A stretch of 64,000 bases of DNA from Eledone cirrhosa. Taxonomy: Eukaryota. Each line of letters opens with the position of its first letter. The stretch's first letter is position 1. The stretch is taken from assembly GCA_964016885.1 (NCBI GenBank), contig OZ024743.1, positions 338,830,001-338,894,000 of the forward strand, read 5' to 3'. A program made the position numbers and the translations under genes. The notes under the pieces are model-generated. The model saw only the letters and a program-made list of their open reading frames with translations, was not told the DNA's origin and ran no database searches. Shown piece by piece: positions 26,252 to 40,744 of the stretch.

Positions 26252-26583
26252 GGAGGCACATGGCTTAGTGGTTAGGGCATTGGCCTTGCAATCGAAAGGT
26301 TGTAAGTTCAATTCTCAGACCGGGTGATGTGTTGTTTCCTTGAGCAAGGGACTTTATTTCACATTGCTCCAGTTTACTCAGCTGTAGAAATGAGATTGGG
26401 GTCCCTATCATTCCACTGCAAAGTGGTCGTGGAGGTGCCACGGCAAAAAAGCAGCCAGCACTCACTGTAAATGAGGTTGGTGTTAGGAAGGGCATCCAGC
26501 TGTAGAAATCAAGCCAGAATCAGTTCCCGTCCCACCCTTGCAAGCAGGGAAAACGCGGACGTAAAATGAAATGATGATGATGA
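26252..26583 (+). mobile_element. CORE-type tRNA-SINE copy
   Basis: Same head and body as other copies. Confidence 0.8.
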
Positions 26584-26889
26584 TAAACAAAATTAACTCA
26601 AATGAAAATGGAAAAACTCGGCATAAGGAAGTTGTTAAAACAACAAAATGGCATCGAAACGGCATTGGGTAAACATTACGTCAAATGATAGAAATCAGCG
26701 GCTCGGAGTTGACTCGAAGAATTAATACGAAGTTAGAAATAGAATAGATGAGAAGAGATTACAAACATTAAAATACGCTCACGAAGTTAGAAATAGAATG
26801 GATGAGAAGAGATTACAAACATTAAAATACGCTCGTCAGATTTCAGACCACCTGCAGTTTCAATATATATATATATATATATATATCTA

Positions 26890-27826
26890 ATAATATAATA
26901 ATAATAATGAAATTATTGTGTCAAGTGCTCAGGTGCACTACAACTTGTCAAAGGTGCATGTATAGTACATAGAATAATATACAACTGTCAGGGAAGTGAA
27001 TAGTGTATGAGTCATGATATACATGTGTGTATGTGTATGGAGGAGGAACATTAGATGTAGTGTTGGCGAATCTCGGGAAGCATGGAGGCCTTAAAGGATG
27101 CAGTGTCTCGACAGCTAACAACTGATGCAGGTAGTTTGTTCCATGATTCAGCAACTCTGAGCGTGAAAAATTGTTTCCGAAAGTCATGGGAACTGTGCTG
27201 TTTTCTGACTTTGTGGGCATGCCCACGTGTGTTAGACACATGGAAATCAAAAAGGTACTCAGGGTTATTGTTGGCAAGATGGTTAACAATATCGTGGGTG
27301 TTTACCAAGTCAATTGCCAGGCATCGGAGCTTCAATGTATACATGCCCAGGGAAGCAAGGCGTTCAGAGTATGGTAGATGCCTGATGGAGGGTATTCGCT
27401 TGGTTGCACGTCTGAACAGTTTCCAGGCGGTCAAAGTTCTGAGCAAGAAAGGGGTTCCAGACTGGTGATGCAAATTCTAAGTGTGGCCGCACCATAGCCA
27501 TGTACAGCCTTAAATAGATAGCTGGAGAGCGGCTAACAAGGGTCTTGCTGAGTGATGCTAAGACACCCTCAGCCCTCTTGACAATTTTAGAGATGTGCTT
27601 CGTCCAACGCAAATCGCTGCTGACCGTAATGCCCAGGTCACATTCACAAGAAGACTTCTTGATATTAGTGCTGTGTAGGGAGTATGTGGACGCTGGGGTT
27701 TTACTCCCAAAATGCAAGGTGGTGCACTTGTCCACAGCTAGCTTGAGTTACCAGTCTGAGATCCATTGTTGCATTGTGTCCAGGTCAGATTGCAAGCAAG
27801 ATCTATAGTGTTCAGGATCTGTCCTG
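26890..27826 (-). mobile_element. CR1/L2-group LINE 3' fragment
   Basis: DKCTTLHFG...DLGITVSSDLRWTKHI...MVRPHLEFASPVWNP...RRATK..LPYSERL...FFTLRVAESWNKLP; frameshifted; ATT-rich tail. Confidence 0.85.
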
Positions 27827-28084
27827 AGGGAATGTAATGTCCAATTACTGTAGGTTCACCAGAGTGAGCATTCGATGCATAGTTTCCAGTAAGTATAGAG
27901 GTGTAGTACTAAGCAGAGTGTAATAATAATAATAATGCTGGGTGCTTTTTTTCTGTGGTGCCTGCACGTCAACTTTACAGTGTGGTCTGGATGCTTTTTT
28001 TTGTCGTGACACCTTCATGACCACTTTGCAGTGGGAGGGAGTGGGGGTATATTGCCATTCTATATATATATATTAACCAATTAC

Positions 28085-28461
28085 ACCTCTCAAAGGCGGT
28101 GACATGACCGTGACCACTGGCGTCACGCAGTAATACAGAGTACCCGACCTCCCATGGGTACAAGCTGAAGCATATAGACAATATGCCCCCACACCCCCCA
28201 CCGCAAGGTGGTCGTGGAGGTGCCACAGCAAAAAAAGCACCCAGCCCACAATGTAAAGTGGACGTGTAGGCGCCACGAAAAAGCACCCAGCACTCACTGT
28301 AAATGAGGTTGGTGTTAGGAAGGGCATCCAGCTGTAGAAATCAAGCCAAATCAGTTCCTGTATGAGCAAGGCATGGTCAGCCGATCAGACACTGCCCACA
28401 ACAGGACAACCCGTCTAACCCATGCTAGCGTGGAAGAACGGACGTAAAACGGTGATGATGA
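28085..28461 (+). mobile_element. RTE subfamily B 3' end
   Basis: Reverse complement of ~5001-5385. Confidence 0.85.
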
Positions 28462-28869
28462 TTATCATCATCTCCGTTTAACATCCATTTTTCCACGCTG
28501 GCATAGGTTAGACAAGTTATCCTAACGTGAGCAATGCCGGGTCAGGTGACCATGTCTTGCTTGTACAGAACCGATATACACACACGTGTGTGAAGGCGCA
28601 TGTGTGGCTTAGTGGTTAGAGCATTGAGCTCACAATCGTAAGGTATGAGTTTAAATCCAGCAACATTGCTTCAGTTCACTCAGCTGTAGAAATGAGTTGT
28701 AATGTCACTGATGCCAAGATGTATCAGCCATTGCCTTTCATTGCATAGTCGATTGCTGGCCTTCCACAAACACGCCTTGCCCAGACTTGTGCCTCAGAGG
28801 AAATTTTCTAGGTGCATCATTCTTCACTGATTTTACGTCCGCTTTTCCCTGCTTGCAAGGGTGGGGCGG

Positions 28870-29450
28870 GTCCTCTTCAGCACAGCATCTCTCCATTTGT
28901 CACAGTCCCTCGTCATCTCCTCTGTGAGCTTCAATGATCTGAGGTCAGCTCTTACCACCTCCGCCCATGATTTTCATGGTCTTCCTTTCACCGGGATTTC
29001 TTGGCACTTCTTCACCCAGCAGTCATCCTCCTTCCACATCACATGACCATACCAAGTCTTTTCTCCCACACACTACAGTTTATCCCTCTTATACACAGTT
29101 TCATTCTCAACTCATCCATGCTTGCTTCATTTCTTTCCAGCCTCCGCATATCCTCCACAGTTGCTGCCCATGTCTCACTACCATGCAGCATCACACATCT
29201 CACACAGGCATCATACAACCGACCTTTCGTTATCAACAGAGGAAGCAGCTTCCTAAATTTCTTCCATCTGTCCTTATTCTAGATACTATGGCTCGGAGCA
29301 TCCTCTTCCCTTGCTAATATGATCACCTAGATATCGGAAGCTATCAACCACCTCTATAGATCCTACCTGTATTTGAAAAATGTGCCTATCACTGACACTT
29401 TTATCAATTTTCCCTGAACATCTACTACATATGAAGTTTTCCCTTCCTGT
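28870..29450 (-). mobile_element. Old degenerate RTE fragment
   Basis: KGRLYDACVRCVMLHGSETWA...RLERNEASM. Confidence 0.75.
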
Positions 29451-29523
29451 GTCCAAAAGGAGATGGTTGAATTTGTCAAGGAGTATGTAAATAAGAAAGC
29501 AGCAAATACACTATTAGGCTTAA

Positions 29524-29717
29524 CCCTTTAGTATTTAAACCGGCTGTATCTGGCCAGAATTCTCTCACCTCTCTGTTCAAACCGGCTGCTCATCCAACAT
29601 TAAGGTATCGTTCTCAAAATAAATTATATCAAAATCTCATAGATTTGATATTATGTGAGATAAAGCCTTTATGCTAATATACAATAGTAAATATAGAGTG
29701 ATGTAAATGCTAAAGGG
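29524..29717. mobile_element. piggyBac-type MITE (other copies 38196-38403, 39884-40081, 60167-60380, 60867-61087)
   Basis: TTAA flanks with CCCTTTAG(C/T)ATTTA...TAAATGCTAAAGGG terminal inverted repeats and a shared ~200-bp body. Confidence 0.8.
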
Positions 29718-31228
29718 TTAAGTGAGCAGAAGAATGAGCATAATTATGTCAGTTGTTATGATCAAGATTTGGGTTGATGTCTACTCAAGCATGACATTAG
29801 TGGTGGTCAATAGGATGATGAAAGCAGTAGAATGATAAGTGGTCATGAAGGTATTGATGGTGGCAACCACATTGATGTTAACTATACATTGTCTTTGGTA
29901 CCAAACTACTTGTAATTTTACAATATAAAGCTATTTTAAAGTGGTTATATTTATCTAGATAATTCCCATCATGATTTTATGTAAGAACCTTTTTTAAATT
30001 ATGTCCCACCAGCTAAATAATGAGGAAGTTAGTTATATTACTAAAAAGGATAAGAATAAAGATCCCATAACTCCTTGTAGAGTCATGGAGGCACTGTCAA
30101 ATGGAGCCCAATCCTCTGAATAAAGTCTATAGAGGAAGAATCAACCCCAGTACTGGATAGGTACTTTTTTTATCGACCTCAAAAGGATGATAGGCAAAGT
30201 TGACATGGCAGGATTTGAACTCAGAATGCACGAGGTGGGACAAATACTGTAAAGCATTATACCCAACATCTTAACGACTGGGCCAATTCACTGCCTGGTT
30301 ATATCACTACATCTTTCCAAATTCTTGATTATCTTCAAAACTATTTGAAAATCATAAGTTGTGTCATTTATTATAAATATGGTAATGAGAGGGTTAATAT
30401 CACTGTATTTGGGCACAATAGGCAGTATATTTCATTAGAAATATGGTAACAAAAGGGTTAATGGAAACATAGCAGAAGAAATACATTTGTAATGAACAAT
30501 AATATATTTATTAGACAGGAATGTGATGACTTGTGGTCAGTTTTATGTAATCAAAACAATGGGCTAAAGCCCTCAACACCCAACTGTGTCTTATGGTCAG
30601 TTTTATGGAATCAAAACAATGGATTCAAGCCCTCCACACCCAACTGTGTATCTCAACAATACCCTACTGTGTAGCTCCACAAATTAACACTTTCTTCCCA
30701 AACAGCCGCTACTCCTTACCATGTCACCGTGATATTTCCAATATACAAGAACTTCAAAATCACCCAGTTTCAATTTCCACTGATCCCCTTGTTCCTTCCA
30801 GCTGTCTATCTCACTGGGAATATTCCATTATTGTTGGTCACATTCGATATTTGGTCAGACCATTATTTTCTTTCACTCTCTCCAGCTTGCTCATCCCCAT
30901 CTCGCAGGAACAATAACTTAGTCTGTAAATGCTCTCTCTACCCTCTTGGTAACAATGGACCAGCCTGATGATACACTCAATGCCCTGAGACAATGGAACT
31001 TTCCATTATATCATCAAAGTTCTGTCTGACCATCTGCCATTCTCTTTCCTCTCCCCTCTCGGTAACAATGGACCAGCCAGATATACTCTCTCTCCCTTCT
31101 CAAAGACAATGGTCCAGTCCGTTATATGATCACAGTTCTGTCAGCCAGTCTGCAATATCCTCTCTCCCCTCTCAAAGACAATGAACCAGTCCATTATATT
31201 GCCACAGTTCTGTCTCGCTGTCAGTCCG

Positions 31229-34200
31229 TCATCTTGAACTGGTATTATTTGGTGTTTCAGCTGGAATCATCCTCAATTTCCGTGAAATTTCTTTCTGATT
31301 TGAGAAAAACTCATTCCAGTACCTGTTTCAAGGAAACGGAAATAGCAAATTAAAAGAAAAATAAGTTTTTACCTATGACATAGATAAATATTTTACTAAA
31401 TCATAACATTACTTACGACCTAGGTCAGTATTTTACTGAATAATGACATTACTTATGACATAAGTCAGTATTTTACTGAATTATGATTCTGCATGACAAT
31501 AAAACTTAAATAACTTATGGTTGACAACAAAAGGTTTTACCCTACATACAAAAGGATGACTGTATGATGCCTGTGTGTGAAGTGCAATGCTGCACGGTAG
31601 TGAAACATGGGCAGTGACTGCAGAGAAATGAAGCAGCCATGCATAGTTAGATGTGCAATGAAAAAGGCAGAGATTGGATGAACTGAGGACGAAACTGGAT
31701 TTAAGAGGAATCTGAAGTGGTATGCAGAAGAGAAGACTGCATTGGTACAGATGTGATGTGCATGGATGATGATCGCTGGGTGAAGAAATGCCAGCGGAAA
31801 GAAGCTACAATAGAGGTAGACCCAGGAAGACTTTGGCAGAGGAGATGAGAGCTGATCTAAAATCACTGAGACTCACAGGGAGAGGACAAAGGAAAGCAGC
31901 GTGTGGAGAGATGCTGTGCTGAGAAAGACCCATCCAACCGCAAGTGTGGAAAAACAGACATAAAAACAATGATGATTTTGATTTTCAAACAACACTAATT
32001 AGAGTTTAACTGTGATTTCACAAACCTGTCTGAACTGAACAGAGTTGTGACATAAAGTATATTAGTTATGATAATGCATATGACAATTGTTGGAATTTAA
32101 GCAAGAATTTACAATACCATACAATAACTTCCCAAATACAGTTTTCTCATTAGGGAAGAGTGGAAGTGAAACTAATCTCTCTGTAGGACAAGGGAAGAGC
32201 CGAAAGTTGAGATTGATCCGTTGAAGGATAAGGGGGAGGGGGGGAATTCAGATTAACCTCTGTTGTATGACAAGAGAAGCAAAGCACAGATGATTGAGAG
32301 GGACACACCAGCTCTCCCAATCCTGCCAATGTAGGGCTTCTATTTGTTTTAGTAATGCTGTAGTACTGTTACCATGATTAAATGCACCAGGTACATTCTG
32401 TAAAGTAGTAGTGTTGGTACCATGATAAAATGTACCTGGTACACTCTGTAAAGTGGTAGTGCTGGTGCTATGAAAAAATACACCTTGTACACTCTGTAAA
32501 GTGATAGTACTGGTGCTAAGATAAAATGTATCCTGTACAATCTGTAAAGTGATAGTACTGGTACCATGATTAAATGCACCAGGTACACTCCGTAAAGCAG
32601 TAGTGCTGGTGCTATGATAAAATGCACCCAGTACATTCTGTAAAGCGGTAGTGCCGGTGCTATGATAAAATGTGCCCAGTACACTCTGTAAAGTAGTAGT
32701 GCTGGTGCTATGATAAAATGCACCCAGTACACTCTGGAAAGTGGTAGTGCTGGTGCTATGATAAAATGCGCCTACTACTATCTGTAAAGTGGTAGTGCTG
32801 GTGCTATGATAAAATGCGCCTACTACTATCTGTAAAGTGGTAGTGCTGGTGCTATGATAAAATGCGCCTACTACTATCTGTAAAGTGGTAGTGCTGGTGC
32901 TATGATAAAATGTGCCCAGTACTCTCTGTAAAGTGGTAGTGGTGGTGCTATGATAAAATGCACCCATGCTCTAAGATGGTTAGTATTTAGAACGGCATCC
33001 AACCATATAAACCATGCTAAATATGGAACATATGAGCAAGACGTGGTCATCTGACTTTGTCTGGTCTCAGAATGTGACAATCCACCCAACCAATCCCAAC
33101 ATGAAAAATGGAGACACAAAATGAAGTGTGTGTTTGTGTGTGTGTGGGGGGGGGGGGATCAATTAAATTTATATCGGTACATGCAGGTACTTTGGTAGGA
33201 TTTGAACTCAGAATATAAAAGGACTAGGAGCCACAAGGAGCTCTAGCTTATTGCTCTAGCCTCTCTGCCACTACACAGCCATATAATCATCAATGGATCT
33301 TTTTGAAGACCACTTATTCACCTCCTTTTGTACAAGATTTCCATCCAATGAGAGAACCTCTATGGGAGCCTTAGACTTATATGAAAAAGCATAACCAACT
33401 GATTTAATAAAGGATGGATGCATTGGATATGTAATACAGTTGGTCTGAATAAAAAAAAAAATCAGGATGTTCCCAGCTAAAATCTAATTTAGTTTGACTT
33501 TCAAATTCAAAAATGGCAGCTAAATAGCAACAAAATATCCTGCTCTGATCTGAATTATTTTCTTCAATTATTCTTTTGAAGAAATGTTATCCCAAAATAT
33601 AAGGACCAATAAACAACCACAAGGTAACATCCCAACATCTTGGTTATCATTATATTTTTAACAATTAATGTTCCATTTGTATTATGGTAGCCTTCTAATA
33701 AAACACTATTTTTTAAATGCCAGTGGAAGGAAGCCTCAGTAGAGGTAGACCAAGAAAGACCTGGGCAGAAGTTGTGAGAGCTGACCTCAAATCACTGAGA
33801 CTAACAGAAGAGATGACAAAAGAACACGATGAGTGCAGAGATGTGCTGAGAAAGACCAGTTCAACCCATACAAGCATGGAAAAACGGATATAAAAATGTT
33901 GATGATGATGATGATGAAATATTAATATTGGTGTTTAATAAAAAAAAATTGATATTTGTTAGGTATAAAAATAAACTAAACTAGACTTTAGCAGAGACCA
34001 ACTTGATTTTACATCAGCTGGATGAGAGCTGACCTAGGGCTCAACAATATAAACTAAATGCGTTTTGTTCCTTACTTATAATTCATTGTTTCCGTAAGGA
34101 TATCAGTCAGTTCCAAGGAAAAAGCAGACTCTGGCATCAAGTGCTGCATATTCAACGCCTTTTTAGAGGCAATATCCTCTAGGACTTTATCAATTTCTTC

Positions 34201-37200
34201 ATCTTTTGAATCTGTAAATATATAAGTATATATGAAAAGCAAGCATTAAATGATGATGATGGCTAGATGTCATTCCAAACAGCAACCACTTTACAGAGTG
34301 TACTGGGTACATTTTATTGTGGCATCAACACTAAAGGGTCATCATGACTTTACATTGTCTCTGATCATTCACCTATAAAACCACTATTACTGGGAGCTTA
34401 ATTAAATCGAATCAACTAATATACAAATATTAGCCCTCTTTGTAAAACAATAGTGCTGGTGTTACAATAAAATGCACCTAGCCCATTCTGTAAAATGGTA
34501 GCACTGGTGCTACAATAAAAATGCACCTGGCCCACTCTGTAAAATAGTAGTCCCAGTTCTACGATAAAACCAATCTAGCCCATACTCTAAAGTGGTAGTG
34601 CCGGTACCATGATAAAAAAATACCCAGTCCATCCTGTCAAGTGGTAGTGGTAATGTCACAATAAAATGCATCAGGTACATGCTGTGAAGTGGCTGGTGTG
34701 AGGAAGGACATTCAGCTATAGAAACCATGACAGAATGGAATATATGAGTGAGACAATAATCTAATCTGTCTAGTTTTAGAATGTAGTTATCTATCATAAA
34801 ACCATGGCAAGTTTCAGGTGAGTTGGTACAAAAAGTGTTAAATGTTTTGTTTCAATTTTATACTGTACTACAGAATTGGGTGTCACAGGAAAAGGTGCCC
34901 AGTCCACACTGTAAAGTAGTCATGTAGGTGTCACAACAAAAACACCCAGTACACACTGTAAATGTGGTTGGCATTAGGAAGGACATCCAGCCATAGAAAC
35001 CAAGCCAAATCAGTTCTGTATGAGCAAGACATGGTCATCCGACCTGGCTCGTCTCACAATGGGACTGCTCATCTTCTTCACCCACTTATTTCTGAGAGGG
35101 TTGCTGGGGCAGAGTCCTCAGACATGACTTCCAGTGAGTCCTATCAGAAGCAGCCACTTCCAAATAAACAATCCGGCTGGATCCCCAAGTGAGACAAATG
35201 AGTTATGGATGTTATCTAAACATTTTGCCTGTGGTCTACCTCTGGATCTCCTGCCAATTGGTTTTGCCCATAAAATCTGTCCAGCAATTCTTTCCTTGAC
35301 ATTCTAACCTCATGACCAGAAGACTGAAACTGTGAATTCTTGATATGGAAAAGAAATGATTCTACCTGGAGTGACTTCATTCAATTTATTATTTTGAAAT
35401 TCAAGTTTAACTTGGCTGAAACTGCCCCTGGCTCTACAATACAAAGCTATGTATTTAAATCTTTTAATAGCAAACTGGCTGAAACTGCCCCTGACTCTAC
35501 AATACAAAGCTATGTATTTAAATCTTTTAATAGCAAACTGGCTGAAACTGCCCCTGGCTCTACAATACAAAGCTATGTATTTAAATCTTTTAATAGCAAA
35601 CTGGCTGAAACTGCCCCTGACTCTATAATACAAAGCTATGTATTTAAATCTTTTAATAGCAAACTGGCTGAAACTGCCCCTGGCTCTACAATACAAAGCT
35701 ATATATTTTTCAAGTATTTATATTTATCTAAAATCTTCCATCATAATTTTATGCAAAAACATCAAATTCTTTTGTTACCTAACTATCTAAAACCAACCTT
35801 ACTCCTACAAAATTGTTTCATTTAAAGTGTTTATACTTATATAAAACCCTTCCAACATAATTTAATGTAAGAAACATTTAAGTTCCATAATTATAGTACC
35901 ATATCCCTTCAACTTCTTGATTATTTAAAAAATTATTTGAAATATATAGGCAGTGTCTTATTAGAAATATAGTAATGAAACGAGAAAAAGACCTGCTTAC
36001 CAAACTCTTTTTGAAGTTGTTTTCTGAAGTTGATGGTCAATAACTCGGACGACACAGAGTTTGTCACGACTGTTAAAATGAAAAAAAAAAACGTTTTCAC
36101 TGAACAACATTTATGACAGTCATCATATTTTGATGTCCAATTTTTCCCATGTTGGCATGGGTTGGACAAGACATTTCTTAAGGCAGTTGTCCCATGGCTT
36201 GATACCAACCTATATTTTATTTTTAAGTATGGTTCACACAGCTTATCTTCGACAAACTGGTTATCTGCTGGACGTATTGTTTTTGTGGGCATAAATATAC
36301 ATCACCATTTGCTGTAACCAATGTCAATAAGAAGCACAGACAGACACATACATCATCATCATTCTTTGTCTGCTTTCCAGGCTTACAAGGATTAGACAGG
36401 TTACCAAGGTTCAAAACTAGACAGGTTGGTGGGTACGATGTGTTTTTCTTACATTCCACTTCGCACTTGATTTCGAAAGCTGGATACTCTACCTAATGTC
36501 AACCACTTTACAGAGTGTACTGGGTGCATTCTACTATAGCATCAGCATTTGGAAGGTTGCCATGTCCTTTAGACAACTGAAGTGACTTTTCACCTCAGAA
36601 AAGGCAGATGGATACAGACAGAGAGTTAGACAAATAGAGACAGAGAATCACAGACAGACAGATATACATAGGTAGACAGAGATGTTAAAGATGTTGAAAT
36701 ATTTACCTGAAGGTTTGGCATGAGAGACAACTAGTTTGTGTCCATTCACAATTTTACCTGTAACATACTTGACAGCATGGTTGGCTGATTGCAAAGTCCG
36801 AAATCTCACAAACCTGTCAAATAGAACAATCAGAAAAAGTTTGCTCTTAAGCTTATCTTAAGAAACCGCCTGAAACTACTCAGGGCTTCTACAATAAAAA
36901 AACTACAGTGGGATGAAAAATTTAAGGGAGCCCGACCTACTTGGGTATGGATCTATATTTGTTCTTAATCTTTTCCAACCAAACCACCTGAAACCACTCA
37001 TGGTTTCTACAAGGAATGTAGTGGAGTGAAAATTTTAAGTGTCAGAGGGGGATTGAAACACCTGAAAGCCTAGGGGCCTAGATGCAGGTTAATATGGCCC
37101 TGTATACAGGCAAATGAAGAAGCAGAGAAACATGGAGAAAGACACAAACAGATAGCTACACCATAGTGCCCATCACCAGGGGGAGTAGTGGCACTCCCCC

Positions 37201-39756
37201 CACTCTCTTCTTTTCAATGGTGTATCCTGAGATTTAGAAAATTTAAGGTGATATGCTTATTCTGAATCTCTGCCTAAAAATCATTCCAACTCAGAGTGCC
37301 CACCTAGAATGTTCTGGATCAGCCAATCCCCTCAACAAGAACCAAAGCCTGGGTATTGTAATACAGAATATATGTAGAGATATTTAGCCAACACTATATG
37401 TAAACATCTCGTCTTCATAAAGAATATCTTAGTGGACAGAAAAAGGATCAATCAGACTAGTTTCAATTTTGTGTTGGGATTTCAGCAACAGCTGAGTGCT
37501 TTCTTTAACCCTTTAAATAGCAACCTGCCCAAAACCAACTCTATTGAAGTATATTCAAATTTGAATTTAAACCATGAGCTGAAATCTTATTATTACATAC
37601 CAGATAATATTAGATTTCAATAGTTAAATATTTGTGTTTTATTGTAAGCAGGGAAAAGCGGACATAAAATGATGATGATGATGTTAAGTTGAAAGTTAGT
37701 TATTTCACTAAATCTCTCATATCATCACCATTTAACATCCATTTTCCATGCTTGCATGGGTTAGATGGGTCTTTCTAATCTACGCAAGTCTTCTGCACAC
37801 TTATGTCTGGTTTACATGCTAAGTCTTGAAACAAAAAATGTTTTTCTCACCCAAATGTGTAATCCTGATTCATGTTTTTTGCACAGATATAGATTTGAAC
37901 AAGATCATCGTAACTAGAGAAGATCTTAGCCACATCTTTCTGAAATAAAGGAAAAAATTCTGTTACTATATTTCTCACAAAAGGCACTGACTATGATTTT
38001 CAAAGTTTAAATGCCTAAGATAGCACTACAACTCCATCAGACATTTAGAACCCATGGATGGATGGCAATACAATATATCAATGCTAAAGCAGTCTAATAT
38101 GAATATTTTCATAGTTTTAATCTCCTCCCATTCAGTGGAATTTTTGTAAATTGTTGACAACAAACAGATCCTTTCATCTGTAAACATTAGTTTAACCCTT
38201 TAGCATTTAAACTGGCAGTATCCGGCTAGAATTCTCTCACCTCTTTCTGTTCAAACCAGCTGTAACTGGCTGCTCATATTTATGCTGAGGTGTTGTTCTC
38301 AAAATAAATAATATCAAAATCTCGTAGATTTAATATTATATGAAATAAAGTGTTTACCATAAAAATACAGTAGTAAATATAGAGTAATGTAAATGTTAAA
38401 GGGTTAATAGAGTGATGTCTTACTACTCTGGGACATTTAACCATTTTATCTCCATATTTCCAATGAATAACACTGCCTATGATCTTCAAATAATTGGGGG
38501 GGGGGGGGGGGGGGGGGTAATTAAAAATTTATAAGGATTCAGTAAAATAATTAACTTTCTCATTATTTAGCTGGTCTTTGCAACATAACATAAAAAGTCA
38601 TACATCATACATAAAATTATGCAGGATGGCTTTTAGATAAATCTTTTGCTTGTCAACCATTCCCCCAAACTCTACTGAATGAGTGGAGATCAGGAACTTT
38701 GAAAATATTCATATTAGAATGGTTCAGCATTGATACACTCTAGGCTTATCCATCCATGGACCTTAAACTCCCGGTGGAGATGCAGGGGTACCGTTATGGA
38801 TATTTAAACTTTGAAAAGTCCATCCTCCTCTGAGTTTAAACACAACCATCAAAATGGTAGCAATAGATATTCGATAAACGAAGATTAATAAAATAAATAT
38901 TGTGAGTGGATATGATCACCTTGAGCAGAGGTTCTCAAAGTAGGTGCTACCGCACCCCAGGAGGCAGTGAGAAGGGGGTGCTGGAGCCTGCGGGGAGAGG
39001 GGGGGGGAGATGACATAATAGTATATTGAATATCAAATGATACATATTATATATAAACATAGTAAAATAAAAAATATATATTATTTGTTATATATAAATT
39101 AACGATTTTATTTATTATATCATCATCACCGTTTTACGTCCGTTCTTCCACGCTAGCATGGGTTAGACGGGTTGTCCTGTTGTGGGCAGTGTCTGGTCGG
39201 CTGACCATGCCTTGCTCATACAGGAACTGATCTGGCTTGATTTCTACAGCTGGATGCCCTTCCTAACACCAACCTCATTTACAGTGAGTGCTGGGTGCTT
39301 TTTCGTGGCGCCTACACGTCCACTTTACAGTGTGGGCTGGGTGCTTTTTTGCCGTGGCACCTCCACGACCACCTTGCGGTGGGGGGGGACATATTGTTTA
39401 TATGCTTCAGCATGTAATATATATATTATTTAGCATGTAATATATATATTACATGCTTCAGCATGTAATATATATATTATTTACAATATGCATGTAGGCA
39501 GGTCTCTCTGGAAATAGGGTTGGGGGCAGTTGAGGGTATTACGTGGCCATGAATGGGGAGGCAGTGCCCAAAAAGTTTCAGAACCTCTGACTTAGAGACT
39601 CACAGTGCCCCAGCATGGCCACAATCTAATAAATGCAACCAGTAAAATAAAAAATAAATATATATAAAACAAATGTACAAACATAAATACCTTTGATACA
39701 CAAAGTGGTAGATATTTAACATGGCAGGAGAACACCTCATCAGGTTTAGAAGACAT
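31229..39756 (-). CDS. Small single-RRM RNA-binding protein, about 164 aa (exons 39756-39691, 37939-37851, 36813-36707, 34211-34076, probable last exon 31322-31229)
   Basis: Phase-consistent GT-AG exons give MSSKPDEVFSCHVKYLPLCVSK-KDVAKIFSSYDDLVQIYICAKNMNQDYTFG-FVRFRTLQSANHAVKYVTGKIVNGHKLVVSHAKPS-DSKDEEIDK...; RNP2-like CHVKYL and RNP1-like YTFGFVRF. The last exon is less certain. Confidence 0.78.
31535..31975 (+). mobile_element. Old degenerate RTE 3' fragment
   Basis: ctgtatgatgcctgtgtgtgaagtgcaatgctgcacggtagtgaaacatgggc (LYDACV..AMLHGSETWA) through to a GAT tail. Confidence 0.7.
32360..32968. repeat. 45-bp minisatellite, about 13 copies
   Basis: Unit ctgtaaagtggtagtgctggtgctatgataaaatgcacccagtacact; related arrays at ~9420-9560 and ~34450-34690. 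Confidence 0.9.
35412..35703. repeat. 66-bp tandem repeat, about 4.4 copies
   Basis: tggctgaaactgcccctggctctacaatacaaagctatgtatttaaatcttttaatagcaaac repeated. Confidence 0.92.
38926..39589. mobile_element. hAT-like MITE containing a nested RTE-B 3' end (39121-39415)
   Basis: TIRs CAGAGGTTCT...AGAACCTCTG; 8-bp flanks accttgag / acttagag (6/8 match). Confidence 0.65.
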
Positions 39757-40744
39757 TGTTGTTTTGTTTTTTACTGACAATTACCACACTACAAACAGAG
39801 TTACGGAAACATGAGAAATAGTTAAACTTGTAAAGTTGCCAAAACAGTTCTATGAAAAGCTATAACATCATCACCAGATTTAACCCTTTGGCATTTACAT
39901 TACTCTATATTTACTATTATATTTTCATGGTAAAGTCTCTACCTCACATAATATTGAGTCTATGAGATTTTGATATTACTTATTTTGAGAACAATACTTT
40001 AACATCAATATGAACAGCCAGTTACAGCTGGTTTGAACAGAAAGAGGTGAGAGAATTCTGGCCAGTTTAAATGCTAAAGGGTTAACCCTTTAGTTACAAA
40101 CCCGGCCAAAACCAGTTCTGGTTCTATGAAATAAAACCACCCATTTTAAAGGTTTCCAATTTAAATTAAAATATTCCAACATATTTTTATATAAGAACTT
40201 TACATTAATTTACTATCTTAGAAATAAAATAATTAATAATTTTAGTAATTCTCCTGAAATTCTTCATTAATTAAAATAGAGTATATTTCATTAGAAATGC
40301 AGTCATGAAAAGGTTAACATCTGTTTTCCATGTTTTTAGACTGGCTGTCATGTACTAACACTAGACAGGTCAGGTAAGCCGGTCTTACTCCTATACTCCG
40401 TTTCTTTGTCTTGGTACCTATGGCTGGATGCTCTTCTTAATGCCAGCCACTTTACAGGATGGACTGGGAACCTTTTATGTCTCTGACTACTACCACCTTT
40501 CTGAAGTAGGCATAAGAGTAAGGAAGCACTACCATACACTTTAAGTTTAGCCTGTAGGTGAAATATAGTATTCATACTCTATAATTCTCTTTCATCATCA
40601 TCATCATCATTTTACATCCGCTTTTCCTTGCTTGCCAGGGTGGGATGGGTCCTTTGCAGCACAGCATCTCTCCATTCGTCATGTTTATTATATATCTCCA
40701 GTTTTTGGTAATAGGGGATAAACATATATATTTAGATGTCAGAA

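Noticed and set aside
32248-32967. 239-aa repetitive ORF / CRISPR-like array
   Set aside because: Product of a 45-bp minisatellite; no unique spacers, no cas genes, eukaryotic context
35310-35825. Repetitive ORFs on both strands
   Set aside because: 66-bp tandem repeat inside an intron of the RRM gene
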